NCBI GenBank assembly: GCA_963674965.2
Contig: CAXXFL010000006.1
Span: 1,024,001-1,088,000, forward strand
Length of the DNA stretch: 64,000 nt
Direction: 5' to 3'
Source of the DNA: a bacterium
GTDB lineage: Bacteria; RBG-13-61-14; DATKZS01
The position numbers and the translations under genes were made by a program. Below the pieces are notes generated by a model, which worked only from the letters and a program-made list of their open reading frames with translations, did no database searches and had not been told where the DNA came from. This document shows positions 56,850 through 64,000 of this stretch, in pieces. Positions within the stretch are counted from its first letter, which is position 1, and every line of letters starts with the position of its first letter.

Positions 56850-57893
56850 ATGGGCAAGATTGAAAGAGTGGGGGTATTGACGGGCGGGGGAGACTGTCCC
56901 GGCCTGAACGCGGTCATCCGCGCCATCGTGGTCCGCGGCCTTCGCAAGTACAACTTCAAGATGATCGGCATACTCAACGGCTGGGCCGGCCTTCTCGATT
57001 ACGAGTGGAAGTCCCTGGACCGCGACTCGGTCAGCGGCATCGTGCATCGGGGCGGGACCATACTTGGCACCAGCCGGACCAACCCCCTCAAGACCCCGGA
57101 GGTCACGGCCCTGACCATCGAGAACTACAAGAAGCTGCGCCTGGACGGGCTCATCGCCATCGGCGGCGACGACACCCTGGGTGCGGCGGCCCGCCTGTGC
57201 AACGAGGGCATGAACATCGTGGGCATTCCCAAGACCATCGATAACGACGTGCAGGGCACCGACTACACCTTCGGCTTCGACACGGCGGTCGAGATAGCGA
57301 CCGAGGCCATCGACCGTCTTCACTCGACGGCCGAGGCCCACCACCGCGTCATCGTGGTCGAGGTAATGGGACGTCACGCGGGCTGGATAGCCACCTACGC
57401 CGGAATGGCCGGCGGGGCCGACATGGTCCTCATTCCCGAGCTTCCCTTCGACCTGAACGAGGTCGTGCACGCCATTAACGCCAGGAGGGAGAGGGGCAAG
57501 ACCTTCTCCATCGTGGTCATAGCCGAGGGGGCCTACCCCCAGGGCAAGAAAGACGAATACTTAAAGAGCGACAAGGTCGACGACTTCGGGAACATTCACC
57601 TGGGAGGGGTCGGCCACGTCCTGGCCAAGGACCTGGGCCAGATGACGGGGATGGACGTTCGCACCACCATTCTCGGCCACACTCAAAGGGGAGGAAAACC
57701 CACCGCCTGGGACCGGGTGCTGGGGACCAGGTACGGCGTGGTGGCCGTGGACATGGTGGCCCAGGAAAAATGGGGATACATGGCCGCCCTCAAGGGGTTC
57801 GAGGTGGTGCCATCCCCCCTCGCCGAGAGCGCCCAGGAAAATAAAACCGTGCCCCTGCACATTTACGACGTGGCGAAAAACTTCTTCGGCTAA
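56850..57893 (+). CDS. pfkA: 6-phosphofructokinase (group III, PPi-type signature residues)
   Basis: TGGGDCPGLN, GGTILGTSR, GGDDT, PKTIDND, EVMGRHAG, LGHTQRGG. Confidence 0.92.
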   Translation: MGKIERVGVLTGGGDCPGLNAVIRAIVVRGLRKYNFKMIGILNGWAGLLDYEWKSLDRDSVSGIVHRGGTILGTSRTNPLKTPEVTALTIENYKKLRLDGLIAIGGDDTLGAAARLCNEGMNIVGIPKTIDNDVQGTDYTFGFDTAVEIATEAIDRLHSTAEAHHRVIVVEVMGRHAGWIATYAGMAGGADMVLIPELPFDLNEVVHAINARRERGKTFSIVVIAEGAYPQGKKDEYLKSDKVDDFGNIHLGGVGHVLAKDLGQMTGMDVRTTILGHTQRGGKPTAWDRVLGTRYGVVAVDMVAQEKWGYMAALKGFEVVPSPLAESAQENKTVPLHIYDVAKNFFG

Positions 57894-57913
57894 CAACTCG
57901 AACAAAGCTTTAT

Positions 57914-57949
57914 GGCCCGCTCTTCGCCGGGTGAAGAGCGGGCCTTTTT
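57914..57949 (+). terminator. Intrinsic terminator after pfk
   Basis: GGCCCGCTCTTC/GAAGAGCGGGCC 12-bp stem followed by TTTTT. Confidence 0.8.
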
Positions 57950-57991
57950 ATGAGCCTCTTTCAGGAACCAGACCCGAATGAAAGGAAAACC

Positions 57992-58867
57992 ATGTCCCCG
58001 CCAACGATAGAAATCGACAAGGAAAAATGCATCGAGTGCGGCCTGTGCGCCAAAGACTGCGTCAGCGGAGTCATCGCGGCCGAGAATAATACTCCCCGCG
58101 TGGCTCATCCCGAGTGGTGCAACCGATGCAGCCATTGCCTTTGCGTCTGCCCGGTCCAGGCCATAAGCCACTCGGGCCTTAAGGCCGCCGGGTCGCGCCC
58201 CCTCCAGCGCGAGCGGCTGTCGCCCGAGTCCTACAAGGAGGCGGTCCTGGCGAGAAGGAGCGTAAGATGGTACAAGCCCGAGCCCCTCGGGAAGGAGACG
58301 ATCGAGGAGGTTCTCGAGGTGGCCTCTTATTCCCCCACGGCCAGCAACGCGTTGGACGTAAGCTACACGGTCATAACCGACCCGAGGCTGATCGGGCAAG
58401 CCGGCGAGTCGGTCTTCCGGGTGGGAGAGAAACTAAAGAAACTGGTCGACTCGCCCTGGCTGAAACCGTTTCTGGCGAAGAAGGAAAAGGGCGGAAAACC
58501 AGGGACCCTGCAAAGGTACATGGACCGCTTCGATATTTACAAGGAACTGTACGAGGGGGGAAGAGACGTTATCTGCTATAACGCGCCCGCCCTCATTCTC
58601 ATCCACGGTCCCAAAAAGGGCAGGTTCGCCCGCGACAACTGCGCCATCGCGGCGACCAATATAAGCAACTACGCCGCGTCCATGGGTCTGGGCACGTGCT
58701 ACATCGGACTGCTGGTTGTGGTAATGGACTGGAGCCGCGGCCTGCGAAGGAAGCTGGGAGCGCCGGAGGACAGAAAGACCTACCTGGCCCTCACCCTCGG
58801 ACGCCCCTCTTACAAATACGCCAACACTCCCGTCCGTCCCCCGCCTAACGTCAGGTGGGTGGGTTAA
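57992..58867 (+). CDS. Nitroreductase family protein with N-terminal 2x[4Fe-4S] ferredoxin
   Basis: CIECGLCAKDC, CNRCSHCLCVCP, RRSVRWY, SPTASN, GLGTCYIG. Confidence 0.9.
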   Translation: MSPPTIEIDKEKCIECGLCAKDCVSGVIAAENNTPRVAHPEWCNRCSHCLCVCPVQAISHSGLKAAGSRPLQRERLSPESYKEAVLARRSVRWYKPEPLGKETIEEVLEVASYSPTASNALDVSYTVITDPRLIGQAGESVFRVGEKLKKLVDSPWLKPFLAKKEKGGKPGTLQRYMDRFDIYKELYEGGRDVICYNAPALILIHGPKKGRFARDNCAIAATNISNYAASMGLGTCYIGLLVVVMDWSRGLRRKLGAPEDRKTYLALTLGRPSYKYANTPVRPPPNVRWVG

Positions 58868-58894
58868 AGTAGCAAGGCGAGGAAAAGAGAGAAT

Positions 58895-58937
58895 AAAAAG
58901 GATAACCCGGAGGCAAGTTCTCCCGCCGGGTTATCCT
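58895..58937 (-). terminator. Terminator between convergent genes
   Basis: AGGATAACCCGG/CCGGGTTATCCT stem with an A-run on the left. Confidence 0.7.
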
Positions 58938-58953
58938 GATATTTATCAACTCC

Positions 58954-59592
58954 CTAGTAAGCCGCGCAGGCGACTCCCGGAAAATTACTCTCCAGGCCCG
59001 CTCCTCCCTGGCTCCCGAACACGGCGCTTTGAAACTGTTCCGAGGCCATGTCCGCCGCCAATTGATTGAGCACTTTAATAAGGGCCTTGTTGACCGTAGG
59101 ATCGAAATCGTACCATCCGCTCCCTTTTCCGATGTACTCCTTTTGCCATAATACGTTCCCATCCGGGCTCGTTACCTTCACGTCCATTTTTATAGTGCCC
59201 CAGTTAAACACAAGCGGGAAAAACCAAGTGTAATTATAGAACTTGAACTTCTTCACCTCTACCGAAATCGCCGGGTTGTCAGAGACGGGAGGATTGCCGT
59301 CTATGACCTCGGTCTTATAGCCCACGTGCTGGACCGTCTCGTTCACCACCCGCATCAGTTCCTCATCCGGCTGCCCCTCCACCTTGATCTTGGCCACGGG
59401 GATGAAGAAAACCGTGAACGTGCCCCAACCGATTCCCTTTTTCATGGTCGGGCATTTCTTGGCCACGGTCAGTTCCCCGTCCGCCTTGGGTACCTGATCG
59501 AGGTTTCTCGTCGTCAGCTTGGCCGAGCACGAGGCAATAAATACGGCCAGCGTTATCACCGAAATAACCGTCAAAGCTTTTTTCGTTTTCAT
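58954..59592 (-). CDS. Hypothetical lipoprotein
   Basis: AGGAG RBS; signal peptide with lipobox-like IASC. Confidence 0.7.
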   Translation of the reverse strand: MKTKKALTVISVITLAVFIASCSAKLTTRNLDQVPKADGELTVAKKCPTMKKGIGWGTFTVFFIPVAKIKVEGQPDEELMRVVNETVQHVGYKTEVIDGNPPVSDNPAISVEVKKFKFYNYTWFFPLVFNWGTIKMDVKVTSPDGNVLWQKEYIGKGSGWYDFDPTVNKALIKVLNQLAADMASEQFQSAVFGSQGGAGLESNFPGVACAAY

Positions 59593-59882
59593 CAATCTCA
59601 CTCCTTTTTCTTTTTCGTTATACTCCAAATAATGACCTCTATATTATGCCTGGCGTCCTGATCCAATGAGTCGATCGAATCCCCGACGCGGGCTGATTTT
59701 ATTAAAATCTATGGACTGGTATTAAAATATGCGAAATGTTAAAGCGTGGCGCGTTGTCAACGATAGTATTTTCTCCTCCGTCTTTCCCGGGCTGATTATT
59801 CGTCTAACACTTTCCTAACATTATACATACTACCCTTTTCAAAGCAAGGGAGGAAAAGAGTTTAAAAGATGAAAAGGCCGGT

Positions 59883-60149
59883 TTAGAAAAAGTATCTTAT
59901 CACGGCGAGGACGGCGGCCCCCAAAAAGAACAAAATCATGAGGAGGAAATAAAAATCGAACACGGCCGAGGGAACGAAGGTCGCGGGCCGCGGATTATCC
60001 GGGAGGACGTTCCGCTCCCAGAGCCTTGGCTTTGCGTCCTTCCTCGGGGGTATAAAGGCCAGGGCGAAGACCAGGACGATGCCCGCCAATATCAGCGCGC
60101 AAACGCCGAGTACTATGAACTCTCTTGTCTTATACCACTCGATTTCCAT
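59883..60149 (-). CDS. Small two-TM hypothetical protein
   Basis: 88 aa with two hydrophobic segments. Confidence 0.6.
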   Translation of the reverse strand: MEIEWYKTREFIVLGVCALILAGIVLVFALAFIPPRKDAKPRLWERNVLPDNPRPATFVPSAVFDFYFLLMILFFLGAAVLAVIRYFF

Positions 60150-60207
60150 GGATGGGTCCGGTCCCTCGGGACGGCGGAGTTGTAACTTGAAGGCCCGCCG
60201 GCGCCTA

Positions 60208-60840
60208 TTACTCTTCCCGGCCGGCGCCGCTTTTTATCGAGTAGATGGGCATCTCGACGCCTGAAACCTTGATCCGCGTAATGGTGGTCTCGAAGGTCTC
60301 GGGATTGGACAGGGCCTCAAAGGCGGCCTTGGTCAGAAGGGTCTCGCCGCGCTCGGCCACGTCCTCCCCCAGCTTGGAGGCGTAGTTCATCTCGTTGCCG
60401 TAAACGCCCTCGTGGTCCGAGCGCAGGACCCGCCCGAACCCGATGCCCACGCAAACGCCGAACCTGTCATTACCGCTTACCAGGGGAACGGGGTTGTCCT
60501 CGAAATGGCGGTGGACCGCGAAGGCCGCTTCCACCGCGTCGTCCACGTTTTTGAACTCGGCGTAAAAATTGTCCGCGTGGGCCCTCGAGTCGATGGCGCC
60601 GTAGCGGCCCGCTATCTCGAAGCAGACCTCACGCAGCCGATAGATGATGGCCAGGAAAAAAGCCGGACCCAGGGCCTTGGTCGAGCGGGTGAAGCCCGTC
60701 GAGTCCATGACCAGGGCGGCGCAGGTCTCGCCGAACCTTTTGGTAAGCTCGGCGTCAAGGTCCGTAAAGTCGATATCGTCCTCGATCGACTCCCCAATAA
60801 AATTGAATAATTTGTCCGGTCTGTTCATGACAAGTTCCAT
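60208..60840 (-). CDS. Stand-alone class III nucleotide cyclase domain protein
   Basis: VMDSTGFT, HADN, VGIGFG, YGNEMNYASKLGED, ETLLT. Confidence 0.8.
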   Translation of the reverse strand: MELVMNRPDKLFNFIGESIEDDIDFTDLDAELTKRFGETCAALVMDSTGFTRSTKALGPAFFLAIIYRLREVCFEIAGRYGAIDSRAHADNFYAEFKNVDDAVEAAFAVHRHFEDNPVPLVSGNDRFGVCVGIGFGRVLRSDHEGVYGNEMNYASKLGEDVAERGETLLTKAAFEALSNPETFETTITRIKVSGVEMPIYSIKSGAGREE

Positions 60841-61053
60841 TCGCGGGCCGGCTTTCGAGCGACGGGCATGTTTCGATTTTAGAAGAGACGCTTGGATTAT
60901 GCAAATTTTTCCCGGGCCTTCATGAGGCGGGCCTCGTTTCGCGGCGGTTGGCGCCGGCCGCGGCCGGGAAAAATTTTACGATTGACAAAGCCCCGGGGAT
61001 TGTGAAAGATTATTCGGACAAGGAAGACTCTACCCAAGGAAATGGAGACTAAA

Positions 61054-62670
61054 ATGAAAAGGACCGCTTTTCTCACGCTTGTTTTTTTAACGGCTTTATT
61101 TATCGGCTCGGCGGAGGCGTTCGCTTTCGAGTGCTCGGACCCGGTCCAGACGGACTCGGGTCTCATCCGGGGCCTGGAGGAGGCGGGGTCCTCGGCCTGC
61201 GTCTGGAAAGGAATACCCTTCGCGGCGGCCCCCGTCGGAGATTTAAGGTGGGCCGCTCCCCATCCCGCGCCGGCCTGGAGCGGCGTGCGCGACGCCGACC
61301 ACTGGGGAGACAGGTGCATGCAGTCGGGACTCATGGCCATCGAGCGGACGGTGAGCAAGGAGGGCATGTCCGAGGACTGCCTATATCTCAACGTGTGGCG
61401 GCCGAAAAAATCGGGCGTGTTCCCGGTCATGGTCTGGGTCCACGGCGGCGGCTATTACGGCGGGGCGGGCACGACTCCCTGGTACTGGGGCGACCGCCTG
61501 GCGGAAAAGGGCGACCTGGTGGTGGTCACCACCAACTACCGTCTCAACGTCTTCGGCTTCCTGGCCCATCCGGCCCTGGCCGAGGAGGACCCGAACGACT
61601 CGACCGGCGGCTACGCCACTCTCGATCAGGTCGAGGCCCTGAGATGGGTGCATGAGAACATCGCCAACTTCGGGGGGGACCCGAGCAACGTCACCATTTT
61701 CGGGGAGTCGGCCGGGGGATGGAGCATCTGCACCCTCCTGGCCACGCCCCTGGCCCGGGACCTCTTCCACCGCGCCATACTCGAAAGCGGCGGATGCGAG
61801 CAAAGCCGGGACTTGACCGAGGGCTACGAGACCGCCTATAAAGTGGCCGAGGCCGTGGGCTGCCAACCCAACGACGTCGAGTGCATGAGGGAAGTACCGG
61901 CGAAAAAACTCCTCAAAAAATCGGTGGGGGGAATGGGAGACTTCAGCTATATGCCCCATCACGACGGCTACGTGCTCAAGGCCACGCCCCTCCAGATGAT
62001 CAGGGAGGGCGACTATAACAAGGTCCCCTTCATGGCGGGATCGAACAGGGACGAGTTCGGCAAGGCCATGAAGCTTATCCCCAAATATTATTACGCCAGG
62101 CCTAATAAGTACGAGGATAAGCTGATCGAGGAGTTCGGCCTGAGCAAGAAGCTGGCCCGGGAGCTGGTCGAGCTTTATCCCCTCTCCGAGTTCGATAATC
62201 GCCCGGTCGAGGCCTACGGCAGGATGTTCGGCGTCGACGCGGCCCTGGCCTGCCCGACCTATCTCGGGCTTTTGGCCGCGTCTGATCAGGACAACAAGAC
62301 CTTTTACTACAGGTTCGAGTACGACGACTTCCTCTACGGCAAGTACATGGGCGCGGCCCACGCCATGGAGATACCCTTCGTGTTCGGCAACCTCGACCGC
62401 GCTCCCGCCGACATGCTCTACAAGGGCGACAACCTCGAGAAGGCAAGCGCCCTGTCCGAGATCATGATGGGCTACTGGATCAACTTCGCCAGGACGGGCG
62501 ACCCCAACGGGGAAGGGCTTCCCCAGTGGCCCGAGTTCGAGAGCGACGACCAGCGGATCATGATCCTGGACAACGAGGTCTATCCCATCTCCTCGGACAT
62601 GGCCGAGAGGTGCGAGTTCTGGGACGAAAATAAGGGCGACGTCGAGGACTTGAGGAAGGCCCTCAGGTAG
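61054..62670 (+). CDS. Type-B carboxylesterase (pnbA-like), exported
   Basis: GIPFAAAPVGDLRW, SEDCLYLNVW, HGGG, FGESAG, AAHAMEIPFVFG; signal peptide. Confidence 0.93.
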   Translation: MKRTAFLTLVFLTALFIGSAEAFAFECSDPVQTDSGLIRGLEEAGSSACVWKGIPFAAAPVGDLRWAAPHPAPAWSGVRDADHWGDRCMQSGLMAIERTVSKEGMSEDCLYLNVWRPKKSGVFPVMVWVHGGGYYGGAGTTPWYWGDRLAEKGDLVVVTTNYRLNVFGFLAHPALAEEDPNDSTGGYATLDQVEALRWVHENIANFGGDPSNVTIFGESAGGWSICTLLATPLARDLFHRAILESGGCEQSRDLTEGYETAYKVAEAVGCQPNDVECMREVPAKKLLKKSVGGMGDFSYMPHHDGYVLKATPLQMIREGDYNKVPFMAGSNRDEFGKAMKLIPKYYYARPNKYEDKLIEEFGLSKKLARELVELYPLSEFDNRPVEAYGRMFGVDAALACPTYLGLLAASDQDNKTFYYRFEYDDFLYGKYMGAAHAMEIPFVFGNLDRAPADMLYKGDNLEKASALSEIMMGYWINFARTGDPNGEGLPQWPEFESDDQRIMILDNEVYPISSDMAERCEFWDENKGDVEDLRKALR

Positions 62671-63397
62671 AGGACTTCGCGTCTCCCGCCAGTATCTGGG
62701 CCGGGTGCAGGACTTTTACGCGGGACCCTCTCCTCGAGAGGTAGCCCTTGATCTGCATGATGCAGCCGGGATCGAGGACCACCGCGGCGTCGGCGCCCGA
62801 GGCCTCGATATTCTCGGCCTTGCGCCGGGCCATGGCCGCGCTCACGGCGTCGAACTTGAGGGAGAAAGTCCCGCCGAACCCGCAGCACCTGTCGGGGTCT
62901 TCCATCTCCACCAGCTCGAGACCCTCGACTTTCTCCAGGAGTATTCTCGGCTCGAGGCCCACGCCCAGCTCGCGCTTGAGATGGCAGGATTCGTGAACGG
63001 TAACCTTGCCGTGAAAGCTTGCGCCAAAATCGGTCACGCCCGCCACCTTGACCAGGAACTCGGTGAACTCGAAGGTCCGCCGGCCCACCCTTTCGGCCAG
63101 GGCCAACTCCGCCGGGTACCCCTCGAAAAGGCGCCCGTAATGGTTGCGGACCATGGAAACGCAGGAGCCGGAAGGCGCCACGATCACCTCACGGCCGGCG
63201 AATACGCGAAGGAAGTTACGCGCCACGCGGCGGGCGTCGTCCCAATGCCCGGCGTTATAAGCGGGCTGGCCGCAACAGGTCTGGCCGTCCGGGTAATGCA
63301 CGCCGAACCCCGCCCGCTCGAGGGTCTCGGCGCAGGCGAGACCTATCTCGGGGAAAAAATTATCCACCAGGCAAGGTATGAAAAGGCAAAGGTCCAT
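62663..63397 (-). CDS. lutA: Lactate utilisation protein A (LutA/LldE), CCG-domain Fe-S protein
   Basis: PCLVD, QTCCGQP.YNAG, SGSC..M, HESCH, CCGFGGTFS, GCIMQI. Confidence 0.88.
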   Translation of the reverse strand: MDLCLFIPCLVDNFFPEIGLACAETLERAGFGVHYPDGQTCCGQPAYNAGHWDDARRVARNFLRVFAGREVIVAPSGSCVSMVRNHYGRLFEGYPAELALAERVGRRTFEFTEFLVKVAGVTDFGASFHGKVTVHESCHLKRELGVGLEPRILLEKVEGLELVEMEDPDRCCGFGGTFSLKFDAVSAAMARRKAENIEASGADAAVVLDPGCIMQIKGYLSRRGSRVKVLHPAQILAGDAKSST

Positions 63398-63461
63398 GAT
63401 ATGCTCCCATAGCGCGGATTGGCCGGTCGGACCGGGCCGCGGCGAATGAGGATACCACTAA

Positions 63462-64000
63462 ATGAACCCTCTGGACAAGGAACTGAGGCAAAGAGCGGGC
63501 GAGGCCTGCGCCGACGGCTCCCTCGAGGAAAAGCTGAAAAAGGTGGCCAGGCGGCACGGCGGGCTCAGGAAGTTCCGCGTGGCCGAGCTTGGCAACTTCG
63601 AGGAACTGAGGCTGCGGCTCAACCGGATCAAGGAGGAAGTGCTCTCGGACCACGAGGGCTACCTGGCGCGGCTGATGGAGCGGGTCGAGGAACTGGGCGG
63701 CCGGGCTTACATGGCGCGGGACGCCGAGTCGGCGCGGCGGATCATCCGGGACATCGCCCGAAACGGGAACGTGAAGCTCGTCGTCAAGAGCAAGTCCATG
63801 ACCGGCGAGGAAGTCGGCATAACCGGCGCCCTCGAGCAAGACGGGATCGAGGTCGTGGAAACCGACCTGGGCGAGTACATTATCCAACTGGCGGGGCAAA
63901 GACCCTCCCATATAGTGACCCCCGCCATCCACATGTCCAAGACCGACGTGGCCCGCCTCTTCCATGAAAAGTTGGGCATGGAACTAACCGAGGACCCCGA
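63462..64000 (+). CDS. lutB: Lactate utilisation protein B (LutB/LldF), partial (runs off window)
   Basis: Not in the ORF track. Manual translation from ATG 63462: MNPLDKELR..VVKSKSMTGEE..ETDLGEYIIQL..PSHIVTPAIH. Confidence 0.88.
   Translation, partial: MNPLDKELRQRAGEACADGSLEEKLKKVARRHGGLRKFRVAELGNFEELRLRLNRIKEEVLSDHEGYLARLMERVEELGGRAYMARDAESARRIIRDIARNGNVKLVVKSKSMTGEEVGITGALEQDGIEVVETDLGEYIIQLAGQRPSHIVTPAIHMSKTDVARLFHEKLGMELTEDP

Noticed and set aside
59883..60840. Canonical Pycsar system
   Set aside because: Host-like GC content, and the neighbouring 88-aa membrane protein has no cNMP-binding or TIR domain
1..64000. CRISPR array, rRNA, prophage, integrase, dsrAB
   Set aside because: No regularly spaced repeats or corresponding genes were seen in this window

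Overview
GC-rich bacterial chromosomal window. Gene order looks deltaproteobacterial (Desulfobacterota/Myxococcota-like): ctpA-yibQ-xseA-M23 and ribBA-ribH-nusB-M17N. The centrepiece is a dissimilatory sulfur-metabolism cluster on the minus strand (sat, aprB, aprA, zinc-ribbon gene, YkgJ-type Cys-cluster gene, qmoA, qmoB, qmoC), in which qmoA carries an apparent 1-nt deletion. Other content: (1) an AT-rich class III nucleotide cyclase gene missed by the ORF track, running off the left edge; (2) a ~210-bp nested palindromic REP/REPIN-like element; (3) a cNMP-binding protein, a PilT paralogue and an MshEN-degenerate HD-GYP-REC-DUF4388 protein; (4) a glycosyltransferase cluster; (5) an operon with an orphan lasso-type B2 peptidase, sulfotransferase, TolB-like lipoprotein, atypical GalK and B12-radical SAM enzyme next to a carbamoyltransferase; (6) an IS1380 with a nonsense-interrupted transposase beside tRNA-Leu(TAA); (7) archaeal-type glyA with queD and folE2; (8) a PFK with PPi-type signature residues; (9) a second stand-alone cyclase; (10) divergently oriented lutA/lutB. 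No CRISPR array, rRNA or dsrAB is seen. All family calls come from motif recognition by eye, not database searches.
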